Positions 1 through 10,543 of a stretch of DNA of 64,000 nt are shown here, one piece after another. This DNA comes from an uncultured Desulfobacterales bacterium (GTDB taxonomy: Bacteria > Desulfobacterota > DSM-4660 > Desulfatiglandales > Desulfatiglandaceae): contig CAYWEN010000003.1 in assembly GCA_964457545.1 (NCBI GenBank), forward strand, positions 5,068 to 69,067. Reading direction: 5' to 3'. Within the stretch, counting starts at the first letter, position 1, and each line of letters starts with the position of its first letter. The notes beneath the pieces are model-generated. The model searched no databases and was not told the origin of the DNA. It worked only from the letters and a program-made list of their open reading frames with translations. The position numbers were made by a program, and so were the translations under genes.

Positions 1-1
1 T

Positions 2-1720
2 GACTGGAGTGTGGGAAGTTCCAGGGTTGAAGTAACTGTGGACAGTTATGGTACTGCAAAAAATTCCATCTTCCATATACGGAAGATACCTGTTCTTTAC
101 GTGCCATATATAATCTTTCCTGCTGGCGGCAAACGAAAAACAGGTCTTTTGGCTCCGTCATTTGCCTGTTCCGGTGTCAATGGTTTTGAGGTGGAGCTTC
201 CCTTTTTCTGGGCTGTTTCAGATCAGATGGATGCGACCTTTTACCAGCATTACATGAGCAAACGTGGATATATGCAGGGCATGGAGTTTCGTTATAAGGC
301 TACAGACACATCAAAGGGCACCTTTATGTTTGATATACTGTCCGACAGACACAACAAGGATGTTACCGATGATAATGATGCTGAAATAAGCCCGTATTCA
401 AGATCAAACAATACCAGGTACTGGGTCAGGGGCAAGGCCGAGCAGGATTTGCCTTTTGATGTATCAGCCCGGGCAGATATAGATTTTGTAAGCGATCAGG
501 ATTACCTGCGGGAATTTAACACCAATATGTTCGGATTTGAGGCAAGGCCTGATCTGGCCAAAAGGTGGGGGCGTCCGGTAGAAGAAGAATATTCTCCAAC
601 AAGGAGATCGGCCCTAAGACTTAGCCGTAACAGAGAAAACTATAGTATACAGGCTATGGCAGTCTATAACCAGCGTCCTGAACACATATCTGATGATACT
701 ACTCCCCAGCCTCTTGCAGATCTGTATATAAATCTGATCCCTGAACAGTTTTTAAATCTTCCTGTGTTTTACAGCCTTGAAACTGACTATGGTTATGTAT
801 GGCGTGATGAAGGGGCCAAAGGTCACAGGATTCATTTTTTACCCAAAGTAACCTTTCCGTTATGGTTGGGGCCGTATGTGGAATTTGAACCATGGATGGC
901 CTATGCCTACAATGCCCAATGGTATGATAGTGGAGGCAGAGGAAACAATTATGAGACAGAAAAGGCATATGATACAGGGATAAGGATGGCAACAAAGGTA
1001 GAACGGGTCTATGATATAAACAGGGGCAGCGTCAAGACGCTAAAGCACCGGATCTGGCCGGTTCTTAAATACAGGTATCATAACAATCAGGATGAAGGCA
1101 CAAAATTCCCATGGACAGTGCCTGATAACAATGAAGGAGACGTTAATCTGGTAACATTTTCTCTTCAAAACTACTTTGACGCCCGTATGTCAGATAAAAG
1201 GGGCATGACCTATTACAGGCAATGGGCTGTTTTTAACCTTGTCCAGGGATATGACATAAATGAGGCAAGGGGGCATAAAGGCTCTGACAACAAAAAGAGA
1301 CCGTTTACTCCTTTAACTGCATCTTTTACCTCCAATCCATTCAACAACTTTGATGTGCGGGCAAATACTGCATGGAACCATTATGACAGGGAGTTTACAT
1401 CTGCAAATCTCTCTGCAGATATAAGGGTAAACAGGACCCATGGAAGGGAAGATTTTTACAGCATAGACTATGTTTATGCAAAGGACAGTGCTAAACACCT
1501 TGATTTGCAGGCAGATATTAATCTTATGTATGGATTTTCTGCAGGAGGTACAATCAAAAAGGATTTCAGGACAGATGACAACATATCCAACAGTTTTTGG
1601 GTAAGATATCAGAGTCAATGCTGGGCAACCATTTTAACAGCAGAAAACAAGGATCAGGAAACAAGCTTTAAAATTAATTTCCAGTTGAAGGGGCTTGGGG
1701 ATTTTCAAAACAAACACTGA
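2..1720 (+). CDS. lptD: LPS-assembly outer-membrane protein LptD, C-terminal part (5' end outside the window)
   Basis: The frame is open from nt 2 to the TGA at 1718-1720 (listed ORF 11..1720). The translation has LptD/OstA C-terminal signatures (GGKRKTGLLAPSF, SKRGYMQGMEFRY, aromatic-rich beta-strand pattern). Confidence 0.8.
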   Translation, partial: DWSVGSSRVEVTVDSYGTAKNSIFHIRKIPVLYVPYIIFPAGGKRKTGLLAPSFACSGVNGFEVELPFFWAVSDQMDATFYQHYMSKRGYMQGMEFRYKATDTSKGTFMFDILSDRHNKDVTDDNDAEISPYSRSNNTRYWVRGKAEQDLPFDVSARADIDFVSDQDYLREFNTNMFGFEARPDLAKRWGRPVEEEYSPTRRSALRLSRNRENYSIQAMAVYNQRPEHISDDTTPQPLADLYINLIPEQFLNLPVFYSLETDYGYVWRDEGAKGHRIHFLPKVTFPLWLGPYVEFEPWMAYAYNAQWYDSGGRGNNYETEKAYDTGIRMATKVERVYDINRGSVKTLKHRIWPVLKYRYHNNQDEGTKFPWTVPDNNEGDVNLVTFSLQNYFDARMSDKRGMTYYRQWAVFNLVQGYDINEARGHKGSDNKKRPFTPLTASFTSNPFNNFDVRANTAWNHYDREFTSANLSADIRVNRTHGREDFYSIDYVYAKDSAKHLDLQADINLMYGFSAGGTIKKDFRTDDNISNSFWVRYQSQCWATILTAENKDQETSFKINFQLKGLGDFQNKH

Positions 1721-1812
1721 TCAACTGTGTCAGTTTAACGAACCCAGGAAATAGCCGAGGCATAAGAAAACCCCCCTTATCAATCTGAGCTGTTACGACG
1801 AATCTGCGGTTA

Positions 1813-2862
1813 TCAGGCAATGACATGTGGATGGGCACGAGAGAATTCTTTGGAAATCTCCCTCACCAGGTTTTTCAGGGGAGCAAGTTTTTTGTCTGCA
1901 AGGTCTTCGAGGCGTTGGTTAAGGCTTTGAACAGCGTGTGGAATGTATTGCTCAAAACAGGTCTTTTTCCGGATCCTTGTCAGAAAGGCAAAGGCACCCA
2001 GAATTTGCAGATTCCGCTGGAGGGCCAGGAAGGGATAATCCCGCATTAGTTCATTGGCCAGGATGGGATCGTGTTTTTGTAACAACCCTCTGTACACCTG
2101 AAAAACAGCCTCCTGTATATCATGAGAAAGCTGGACATACGGATCAATGAGGAGGGAAGCAAGATCGTACCCCGGTGGGCCAAGGCACCCCCCCTGCCAG
2201 TCTACAAAACCTATCTGGCCATCACGAACAATAATGTTCCTTGACTGGAAATCATGGTAAAGAAAAAAATGATTGTGTGACAAAGACAACCTGTCTGCCA
2301 TATATGTAAAGACAGGTTCCAGTTCAGGCCAGTCTTTTTTCAGACCAAGATATTCACAAAGAAAGGCATCCCGAAAATAGCCTGATTCATATATACGCAT
2401 AAAAGTGGAATCATAGTAACCAGTCTGACAGCACCAGCGGGTATCAAACCCTTCTGCTCCCTTTAACTGCATGTGGACCATAATAGTTACCACTTCCGGG
2501 TATATGGAAACAGGATTTTGCCCGTTAGATATCACCTCCTGCAGTCTTGTTTTGCCGAGATCTTCCATAATGATCCAGCCCTTGTCCATATCATACGCAA
2601 AGATCTCTGGCACAGGTACTCCCTTTGATTTCAGGTGCTTTCCTATCTGTACAGAGGCAATGTTCTCCCTGCGGTTAAAAGGATCATCTGAAGGATTTGA
2701 AAGGACAATAAAGCTGTCATTTGTCTCTATACAGGGTATACGCCAAAAGAGGCGGTTGGACCCGTCCCCCTTAAGCTGTTCTATGTGTGCACTATCCGGA
2801 TGCAGTCCCCGGGTATGGAAAAAATGATGAATGAGTTTTAACATATCTGTTTCTGTAAACAT
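1813..2862 (-). CDS. Aminoglycoside-phosphotransferase-fold sugar kinase, AmgK-like (anomeric MurNAc/GlcNAc kinase candidate)
   Basis: 349-aa ORF with a kinase catalytic loop HDFQSRNIIV and DWQGG. It lies next to a nucleotidyltransferase and lptD, as I recall for amgK-murU in Pseudomonas. Confidence 0.6.
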   Translation of the reverse strand: MFTETDMLKLIHHFFHTRGLHPDSAHIEQLKGDGSNRLFWRIPCIETNDSFIVLSNPSDDPFNRRENIASVQIGKHLKSKGVPVPEIFAYDMDKGWIIMEDLGKTRLQEVISNGQNPVSIYPEVVTIMVHMQLKGAEGFDTRWCCQTGYYDSTFMRIYESGYFRDAFLCEYLGLKKDWPELEPVFTYMADRLSLSHNHFFLYHDFQSRNIIVRDGQIGFVDWQGGCLGPPGYDLASLLIDPYVQLSHDIQEAVFQVYRGLLQKHDPILANELMRDYPFLALQRNLQILGAFAFLTRIRKKTCFEQYIPHAVQSLNQRLEDLADKKLAPLKNLVREISKEFSRAHPHVIA

Positions 2863-3038
2863 ATTTTTCTGTTAAACAGCACAAAAATATTTTTACAATC
2901 GTGCAAGAGACTGTCCGGTTGATGCCTTGAACTGTTTTTCAGAACATGGGGATTGATATAAAAGAGTAAAAGGTTCCGGAATATTGTTTTGGCGCCATCG
3001 GGTGCAAACATTACATGATGACAGGTTGGACAGACATG

Positions 3039-3944
3039 TTATAGTACACCCTGTATAATATCTTGTTTCACTTCCTTGCAGGAGCTCACAACACTGTCAA
3101 TTACACGTACTCCTTTATGGACCGTTACCTGATCCCAAAGCACTGACCGTTTAACAAGTGCCCCGTCCTGCAAATAACATTGTTTTCCTACAACTGCCCA
3201 GTCTGATAATACCGCCCTTTTGTGCAACCGGGAACCTGACCCCAAAAGAAATGGGGATTTTCCTGAAACATCATGATTGGCAGCAAGGTAGGATGGTACA
3301 GTTCCTATATCATGCCATTGATGACCACAGGAAATATATCCATGTACGGTTTTTCCTGATGCTATAAGCATGCGGTAGGCATCCACAATGTTGAGAAAAT
3401 GAACATCATGCGGGAGATATGCAAGAAAGGCAGGACTTATAATATGAATCCCGGTAAAGGCAAATCTGCCGGGAAGGTTCTTTTCTGCTATATCCTGTAT
3501 CTTCCCTCGGCAATCAACTGAAATCTGATTAAATGGTTCACGGGTATGAAGCACCATGGTAACCAGTACTTTTGATGAAAGATGGGCCTTGTATATTGCT
3601 TCAAGATCTATATCTGTAAGCACGTCACCGTTAATGACAATGAAGGGCTCTTCATCCCAAAAGTCAGATACATTTCTAATTCCGCCTCCGGTTCCCAGAA
3701 TATCCTGCTCCACCCGTACCTCTACATGAAGACCAAAACGTCTGCCGTCACCCACATGTTTCAGAATATGCCCTGCAAGATAGTGTGCATTTATGATAAC
3801 TTCACTAACCCCTGCAGATCTGAGATATTCGATATTACGATCAAGAACAGGACGATTACCCACAGGCACGAGCGCCTTGGGACAGTATTTTGTAAGGGGT
3901 TTGAGACGGGTGCCAAAACCTGCAGCAAGTATCATGGCCTTCAT
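3039..3944 (-). CDS. NDP-sugar pyrophosphorylase (nucleotidyltransferase), MurU-like with a C-terminal extension
   Basis: 301-aa ORF with the N-terminal motif MILAAGFGTRLKPLT..PKALVPV typical of sugar-1-phosphate nucleotidyltransferases. It is longer than the roughly 220-aa MurU I recall. Confidence 0.6.
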   Translation of the reverse strand: MKAMILAAGFGTRLKPLTKYCPKALVPVGNRPVLDRNIEYLRSAGVSEVIINAHYLAGHILKHVGDGRRFGLHVEVRVEQDILGTGGGIRNVSDFWDEEPFIVINGDVLTDIDLEAIYKAHLSSKVLVTMVLHTREPFNQISVDCRGKIQDIAEKNLPGRFAFTGIHIISPAFLAYLPHDVHFLNIVDAYRMLIASGKTVHGYISCGHQWHDIGTVPSYLAANHDVSGKSPFLLGSGSRLHKRAVLSDWAVVGKQCYLQDGALVKRSVLWDQVTVHKGVRVIDSVVSSCKEVKQDIIQGVL

Positions 3945-4063
3945 GATCTTCCTTTTTTCGATGCAAAATTTTTACCGTAATAACATATACAAAGATTGAT
4001 ATCTTAGAAAGCAAGATTACCTGAGAATTTTATTATACTATTTTAAAACAGGAAGTATCGCAA

Positions 4064-5107
4064 GTGAATTTCTCTTTTGATCTGAATACCTTAACTGCCT
4101 GTATTGGCCAACTGTTTATGGCAGGGATTCCTGGCCCGGAAATTGATTCCCGTACTGAAGAGATGATCAAATATCGGGGACTTGGAGGTATAATCCTTTT
4201 TAAACGGAATATTGAAAGCCCTGCCCAGGTGGCCAGGTTATGCAGGGGGTTGCAGCAAATATCTATCAGGCATAATGGTCTTCCCCTGTTTTTGGCGGTA
4301 GATCAGGAGGGAGGAAGAGTGGCCCGTCTTAAGGCGCCTTTTACTGAATTTGATGGGCAGACCGCCATAGGAAATTCTGATGATCCTGTAGAAGAGGCTA
4401 TGGAATTTGCCCGGATAACTGCTCGCGAGATGCGTATGGTTGGCCTGAACATGGATATGACACCGGTGCTGGACGTACCAAGGGGACACATAGAAGAATG
4501 TCTCAGGGACCGCACATTTGGTGAGGATCCTGAACAGGTTGGCATTCTGGGCAGGGTTGTTATACAGGAACTCCAGAAAAACGGAGTGATGGCAGTGGGA
4601 AAACATTTTCCGGGACTTGGAGGGGCCAAGCGTGATCCGCATGAAAACCTGCCCCGGATATGTCTGTCCAAAAAAGAGATGGATACAGTGGATATCCCCC
4701 CATTCAAAACAGCCATAGATGCAGAAGTGGCAGGAATCATGAGTTCTCATGCCCTGTATCCGTGTTTGGATCCAGGGGGGCCAGCAACTCTTTCATATAA
4801 GATCATTACAAATCTTTTACGGAATGAGTTGCAATTTCGGGGTATTGTTATTACTGATGACCTGGAAATGGGAGCGATATCACGGGGAAGCAGCGTTGTG
4901 GAAGGTGCAGTTAAGGCATTTCAGGCAGGAGCAGATATCCTGCTGATATGTGAAAACCAAAGACATGTAATTAAGAGCATGGAACGTTTGCAAACAATGT
5001 TGCTTGCCGGCGAAATAACTATTCAGAGACTCCGGAGGTCACTGGATCGCATAGTACATGCAAAGACCCGTTTTTTGAAAAAGCAGCAGAAAACTCCGGA
5101 AGCATGA
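4064..5107 (+). CDS. nagZ: Beta-N-acetylhexosaminidase (GH3), NagZ
   Basis: 347-aa ORF with a GTG start. GH3 motifs are present: KHFPGLGG, ITDDLEMGA, DQEGGRVARL. Confidence 0.8.
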   Translation: MNFSFDLNTLTACIGQLFMAGIPGPEIDSRTEEMIKYRGLGGIILFKRNIESPAQVARLCRGLQQISIRHNGLPLFLAVDQEGGRVARLKAPFTEFDGQTAIGNSDDPVEEAMEFARITAREMRMVGLNMDMTPVLDVPRGHIEECLRDRTFGEDPEQVGILGRVVIQELQKNGVMAVGKHFPGLGGAKRDPHENLPRICLSKKEMDTVDIPPFKTAIDAEVAGIMSSHALYPCLDPGGPATLSYKIITNLLRNELQFRGIVITDDLEMGAISRGSSVVEGAVKAFQAGADILLICENQRHVIKSMERLQTMLLAGEITIQRLRRSLDRIVHAKTRFLKKQQKTPEA

Positions 5108-5171
5108 ATATCTTATCGGCCGTTCAATTTGTTTGTCAAATGATCTTTTCTGAAGGCCTCTGTGCTGCATA

Positions 5172-5500
5172 GTGACGGGCGTCTTGGGGAACGCAGGGTT
5201 TGCACTTCACCCTGATAAGACCAGGATAGTATATTGCAAGAGCAGTTCAGGGGGAATTACTCTGAAATCAGTTCTGATTTCTCTGGTTATACCTTCAGGC
5301 CCCGTCTTGCCCGTAGCCGAACAGGGGACATGATGGTGGTTTTCATTCCAGCCATAAGCAGGAAATCCGCCAAAAGAATCCGTTCAGTAATGCGCGATTG
5401 GTATCTTTATGGCTGGCAGTCTTTATACATATCAGAGGTTGCCGGTAATATCCGGTCCCGGTTACAGGGATGGATTAACTATTATGGTCGATACGGTGCG
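5172..5500 (+). pseudogene. Group II intron-type reverse transcriptase/maturase fragment (frameshifted, truncated at both ends)
   Basis: ALHPDKTRIVYCK reads in one frame. It continues after a frameshift near 5235 as DFSGYTFRPR...PAISRKSAKRIRSVMRDW...LQGWINYYGRY (RT domain 7 plus X/thumb). There is no upstream RT domain and no intron RNA ends. Confidence 0.7.
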
Positions 5501-5678
5501 GGTGGTCAACCACGTGCCAATGTTGTTGAGAAACCCTGCAATGTACTTTGGCAGCTTTACGCTCACAGGCAAAACGGTGTGCCTGTTGAGGACGATATCT
5601 TCTTTTTCCCCGGTTTCGGGATAATTCCCGGCTGACTGTTGATTTGTGGCAGCCAATTACCGTGGCAATTACGGACAC
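5500..5678 (-). mobile_element. IS30-family transposase N-terminal (HTH) fragment
   Basis: The minus-strand translation IGCHKSTVSRELSRNRGKRRYRPQQAHRFACERK matches the IS30 HTH/linker pattern (STISRELxRN...YRPxQAH). No DDE core follows. It abuts the RT fragment. Confidence 0.6.
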
Positions 5679-5699
5679 TTTTTATTAAGCCGCTTTGCG

Positions 5700-6325
5700 G
5701 CATAGTTCTCTCTTATAATGCAAATGGGGTTTTATACCCCAGTGCAGAATGCAGCTGACTGGAATTATAACAAGAGATGTAGTCAAGTACCTGCATCCCA
5801 GCCGGCATCCTGGTAACAAACCTGTAATCTGACAGCCGTTCTGATTTCAGGCTGTTGTCGATCCAGAAGGTTGGGGCTGTCGGGAACTCATGCCGGCTGT
5901 CTGTAGTAATCCTGTACCGTTTGGGGGCCTTGGCTCCCAGATCAGGCTCCTGCATTAGACAACGCACTTTGCAGCGGCCAATCCGATGTCCTTCATGCTT
6001 CAACTGCCGCTGCATGCGACGGGAACCATATTGGCCCCGATGCTCTTTGGATATGCCCCTGGTCCTGTTCTTCAATAGAATATTTCCGGGGTTATCAGTT
6101 TTTTAAAGTGCTTACAGTAATGGTAAAATCCGCTCCGGCTGACTTTCATCACCTGGCACAGAATGGTGACGGGACAGGCCTCCTTCATTCGCCGGATGAA
6201 GTCGTATCTCAATTCGATTCTTTTGCAAAGAAGGCCGCGGCTTTTTTTAAGATTTCACGCTCCGTTTCAACCCGCTTGTTTTCCTGTTTCAGTCGACTCT
6301 TTTTTCTGTTCAATCACATTAAATA
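5700..6325 (-). mobile_element. IS3-family element remnant (OrfA C-terminus, frameshift region, and OrfB with the DDE core deleted)
   Basis: The minus strand reads ...ETEREILKKAAAFFAKESN* and, in the -1 frame, RIELRYDFIRRMKEACPVTILCQVMKVSRSGFYHY. It then reads KEHRGQYGSRRMQRQLKHEGHRIGRCKVRCLM and jumps to the C-terminal YNSSQLHSALGYKTP. The OrfA HTH and the catalytic core are absent. Confidence 0.75.
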
Positions 6326-6406
6326 TCTGTATAATAAACAAATTTGGGTGTCTTATGACTTGTGGGATAGTCTTTATGATAACGTCTAAGGTTTGGGAGA
6401 ATATTT

Positions 6407-8827
6407 ATGCTGTTTGATGCAAATACATCTGTTGTAAGCATAGAAGATGAGATGAAAAAATCTTATCTTGAATATTCCATGAGTGTGATTGTAGGCAGGG
6501 CATTACCTGATATCAGGGATGGTCTTAAACCCGTTCATCGTCGCATACTGTTTAGTATGCACGAATTGAGAAACTATTTTAATAAGCCCTTCAAAAAATC
6601 TGCCAGAGTTGTTGGAGATGTAATCGGAAAGTATCATCCCCACGGTGATACCGCTGTTTATGATACTCTTGTAAGAATGGCCCAGGATTTTTCCTTGAGA
6701 TATCCTCTTGTGGACGGGCAGGGAAACTTTGGCTCTGTTGATGGAGATCCCCCTGCCGCAATGCGGTACACTGAGGTAAGGATGACCCGTCTGGCACAGG
6801 ACTTTCTCTCGGATATAGATAAAGATACCGTTGATTTTACCCCAAATTACGATGGCTCCCTGTTCGAACCATCTGTGCTCCCTACCACCATACCCAATTT
6901 GTTGATTAATGGATCATCCGGTATAGCTGTGGGCATGGCTACAAACATACCTCCCCACAACCTGACTGAAGTCTGCAATGCAATAATAGCTCTCATTGAA
7001 AACCCTGATATTGGAATTGATGAAATTATGAAGTCAATCCCTGCGCCGGATTTTCCTACGGCAGGTTTTATTATTGGAAAAAATGGGATAGCAAATGCCT
7101 ACAGGACAGGCAGGGGTATAATAAAGATCAGGGCAAGGGCATTTGTGGAAAAGATTGGCAAAAATCGAGAACGGATAATTGTTTCAGAGATACCTTATCA
7201 GGTAAATAAAAAAAAGTTGCTCGAAAAGATAGCTTCCCTCGTCAAGGAAAAGAGGATTGAAGGGATTTCAGATATCAGGGATGAGTCTGACAAGGATGGC
7301 ATGCGGATAGTTATAGAAATCAAAAAAGATGCAATGGCCACGGTAATCCGGAATCACCTGTACAAATTTACCCAGATGGAGGTGTCCTTTGGTATAATCT
7401 TTCTTGCTATAGTCAATGGCCGGCCCAAGGTATTGAATCTTAAGGAGATTATAGAGCATTTCATTTCGCATCGCCGTGAAATTATCAGGCGCAGGACCCT
7501 TTATGATCTGAAAAAGGCGGAAGAACGGGCTCATATACTTGAAGGCCTGAAAAAGGCACTGGATCATCTTGATGAGGTAATTGCCCTGATCAGGGGATCT
7601 TCCGATCCAAAAGAGGCAAAGGTCAGACTGGTTCTGGATTTTGATTTGACAGATATTCAGGCGCAGGCGATCCTGGATATGAAACTGCAAAGACTTACCG
7701 GCCTTGAAAGGGATAAGATAGAGGGAGAGTATAAGGGGCTGATGGAAGATATAGCAAGATTCCATGCTATTCTGGCAAATCCTTCTATGGTACTTGATCT
7801 TATAAAGGGAGAGATCAGGGATATACAAAAGAAGTATGGTGATGCACGCAGGACAGAGGTTGTTGAGGAAGCCAAAGAGATTGATCCTGAAGACCTTATT
7901 GCAGAAGAGGATATGGTAGTAACTATAAGCCATAAAGGGTATATCAAGCGTAACCCGATAAGTTTTTACCGGGCACAGCGACGTGGTGGAAAAGGTAAAA
8001 CAGGGGTCAAACCCAAGGGTGAAGACTTTGTTGAGCACCTGTTTATTGCATCTTCTCATGACTTTTTTATGTTTTTCACAAACCAAGGAAGAGTTTACTG
8101 GAAAAAGGTCCATGAAATACCCGAGGGGAGTCGAATGGCTCAGGGAAAGGCCATTGTAAATCTTCTTGCCCTGCAGCCGCAAGAGCGTGTAACCACTACC
8201 ATTGCCATAAGGAATTTTGAAAAAGAAAAATATATAGTAATGGCCACTAAAAATGGCCTTGTGAAAAAAACTGCATTGGAGGCCTACAGTCATCCAAGGG
8301 CGACGGGTATTATCGCCTTGAAGATAAAAGAGGGAGACGAGTTGATAGCTGTGCAGATCACAAATGGAGATCATGATGTGTTTTTGACTACACGTTTTGG
8401 AAAATCTATTCGTTTTGCAGCATCGGATATTCGGGAAACAGGAAGACTAAGTTATGGTAACATAGGCATCAGAATGGCCCCTGGTGATGAAGTGGTTGGC
8501 ATGGATATCCTGAAAGACGGTGCGACCATTCTGACTGTCACAGAGAATGGCTATGGAAAGAGGACCATCACGGATGAATACCGTCGTCAGTTAAAAGGAG
8601 GGCAGGGAGTTTTAACCATAAAGACTTCTGAACGAAACGGTTATGTTGTTTATTCCTGTCAGGTTACAGATCAGGATCAGTTAATGATTATAACTGGTCA
8701 TGGTATGATAATCAGGATGAACGTGGCGGATATTTCCGTTATAGGAAGAAACACACAAGGTGTTAAATTGATTGATCTGAAAGAGGGTGAAAAGGTCGTT
8801 GATGTGGCAAAGATAGCTGAATACTGA
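6407..8827 (+). CDS. gyrA: DNA gyrase subunit A
   Basis: 806-aa ORF with [35 protein letters not shown], the active-site region AAMRYTE, and C-terminal beta-pinwheel repeats. SD GGGAGA lies upstream of the ATG. Confidence 0.95.
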   Translation: MLFDANTSVVSIEDEMKKSYLEYSMSVIVGRALPDIRDGLKPVHRRILFSMHELRNYFNKPFKKSARVVGDVIGKYHPHGDTAVYDTLVRMAQDFSLRYPLVDGQGNFGSVDGDPPAAMRYTEVRMTRLAQDFLSDIDKDTVDFTPNYDGSLFEPSVLPTTIPNLLINGSSGIAVGMATNIPPHNLTEVCNAIIALIENPDIGIDEIMKSIPAPDFPTAGFIIGKNGIANAYRTGRGIIKIRARAFVEKIGKNRERIIVSEIPYQVNKKKLLEKIASLVKEKRIEGISDIRDESDKDGMRIVIEIKKDAMATVIRNHLYKFTQMEVSFGIIFLAIVNGRPKVLNLKEIIEHFISHRREIIRRRTLYDLKKAEERAHILEGLKKALDHLDEVIALIRGSSDPKEAKVRLVLDFDLTDIQAQAILDMKLQRLTGLERDKIEGEYKGLMEDIARFHAILANPSMVLDLIKGEIRDIQKKYGDARRTEVVEEAKEIDPEDLIAEEDMVVTISHKGYIKRNPISFYRAQRRGGKGKTGVKPKGEDFVEHLFIASSHDFFMFFTNQGRVYWKKVHEIPEGSRMAQGKAIVNLLALQPQERVTTTIAIRNFEKEKYIVMATKNGLVKKTALEAYSHPRATGIIALKIKEGDELIAVQITNGDHDVFLTTRFGKSIRFAASDIRETGRLSYGNIGIRMAPGDEVVGMDILKDGATILTVTENGYGKRTITDEYRRQLKGGQGVLTIKTSERNGYVVYSCQVTDQDQLMIITGHGMIIRMNVADISVIGRNTQGVKLIDLKEGEKVVDVAKIAEY

Positions 8828-9046
8828 TTTATGGGTGCTGTAATATGTTATGCAAAAAATATCAGATATGAAATCACATGGTTCTAAGTATCTTTTTTGT
8901 TTGATTCCATCGTTGGATTGTGTCTTTCAGAAAATCCGGGCTATCTTTGATATTTTCTTTTTTTATTGCCCTTGAACAAGATTTGATATTTGTTAATACT
9001 TCAATATGGAACAGTAGTTGTGACCCATGTGTTACATGGCTGGTTT

Positions 9047-9236
9047 CCATCCATAAACAGCCTTTTTGCACAATCTTGGTGTCAATCTTCGGGATTTGCT
9101 GTGCGGGATGTATGTAATACCTCTGCATAATTTTCTGATTTTCCCTCCGGGCCGGAGGCTTGATCTTGTAAGAAGATATCTCATTTTTGGATTGGCAACC
9201 GGGTGGTGATCAGAAGCTGTTTATGGGTGTGCATTA
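9047..9236 (-). repeat. Dispersed intergenic repeat family, full copy (reverse orientation)
   Basis: Starts ATCCATAAACAGCCTTTTTGCACAATC and ends ...GCTGTTTATGGGTGTGCATTAG. It aligns along its length with copies at 19021, 32014 and 55574, and in reverse complement with 30003 and 33543. Confidence 0.75.
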
Positions 9237-9258
9237 GCTGGTTTTTTCGGAGGATAGT

Positions 9259-10281
9259 GTGAAAGGGAATAACATTTCCAGAATATGTGTGATTGGTGCT
9301 GGCAGCTGGGGTACAGCCCTTGCCAATCTTCTTGCCGGGAAGGGGCTTGATATCGACCTGTGGGTGAGGGAACATGATGTTTTCAACCAGATAGCAGAAG
9401 ACCACATGAATCACACCTTTTTGCCTGGAGTGCATTTGTCGTCAAATCTTACTCCTGTTAAAACATTTGAAGCTGCCTTGGCTGAAAAGGAAATGGCGCT
9501 TATCGTTGTTCCCTCACATGTCATGAGAGAAGTGCTTAATGGTATAAAGCCATATCTTGATCCATCTGTATTATTAATGATTGCCACAAAAGGTATTGAG
9601 AATGAGACATTGATGATAATGTCACAGGTTGCTGAAAGTGTCTTGCCAAAGGAATTTTTAAATAATTTCTCATGTCTGTCTGGGCCAAGTTTTGCTAAAG
9701 AGGTGGGCATAAAGATCCCTACTGCAGTGACTATAGCATCCAATGACGGTGTATGTTTAGAAAGACTTCAGCGTCTTTTTACAAGAGAATTTTTCAGGGT
9801 CTATACCAGTTTTGACCTTGTTGGTGTGCAGTTGGGGGGTGCGCTCAAAAATGTTATTGCCATAGCTGCAGGAATTTCAGATGGTCTGGGCTTTGGACAC
9901 AATGCAAGGGCAGCCTTGATTACCAGGGGACTGGCGGAGATAACAAGACTGGGAGTGTCTATGGGGGCCAATCCCATGACATTTTCAGGTCTTGCAGGTA
10001 TGGGAGATCTTGTGTTGACCTGTACCGGTGATTTGAGCAGAAACAGGACAGTAGGTGTAAAATTAGGCAAAGGTATGAAACTGCATGAAATAACAGAAAA
10101 GATGTCCATGGTTGCAGAGGGCGTCAAGACTACCATGTCGGCCTATAATCTTGCTATAAAAATGCATGTTGACATGCCTATTACAAGTGAAGTTTATGCT
10201 GTCTTGTACGAGGGGAAAGACCCAAAAGACGCTGTCAGGGCTCTTATGACAAGAAAACTGAAACCTGAACTGGAATATTGA
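9259..10281 (+). CDS. gpsA: NAD(P)H-dependent glycerol-3-phosphate dehydrogenase
   Basis: 340-aa ORF with a GTG start preceded by GGAGG. It has the N-terminal Rossmann motif VIGAGSWGTALA plus GALKNVIAIAAG and EGVKT motifs. Confidence 0.9.
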   Translation: MKGNNISRICVIGAGSWGTALANLLAGKGLDIDLWVREHDVFNQIAEDHMNHTFLPGVHLSSNLTPVKTFEAALAEKEMALIVVPSHVMREVLNGIKPYLDPSVLLMIATKGIENETLMIMSQVAESVLPKEFLNNFSCLSGPSFAKEVGIKIPTAVTIASNDGVCLERLQRLFTREFFRVYTSFDLVGVQLGGALKNVIAIAAGISDGLGFGHNARAALITRGLAEITRLGVSMGANPMTFSGLAGMGDLVLTCTGDLSRNRTVGVKLGKGMKLHEITEKMSMVAEGVKTTMSAYNLAIKMHVDMPITSEVYAVLYEGKDPKDAVRALMTRKLKPELEY

Positions 10282-10543
10282 CAGCCATTGATCTGTTCTT
10301 GTCTGCAAATCGGTTCGGGGCATGAAGGAGTTCCGTGTTTTTTGCATGTGTTGACCTTTCGGTATTGCTGTTGTACATAGATTTTTTCTTTTCATAAAAC
10401 AGGGCGTGTTGCACAGTATCAAAAGAGACAGGGGATCAGACAGAGGTGTACAGGATGTTCTGCAGCTTAGGTGATTGTTCAGATTTATATGTGTCGTATT
10501 TGACACAGCAGGTGCGTATATTGTGGAAAAAGGCCATGTGAAG

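Noticed and set aside
5234-5635. The listed 133-aa ORF as an intact small reverse transcriptase or retron-like gene
   Set aside because: Only the C-terminal RT7/X-domain portion is RT-like. The upstream part is in another frame. The downstream third is simply the antisense strand of the IS30 fragment. There is no YADD catalytic domain and no msr/msd-like structure.
7268-8374. 368-aa ORF antisense to gyrA. Similar long antisense ORFs occur at 44699-45667 (within radA), 50795-51421 (within had), 10063-10671 and 4238-4750
   Set aside because: They lie entirely opposite strongly supported conserved genes. Their translations are low-complexity, with no recognisable motifs and no RBS. These are typical shadow ORFs.
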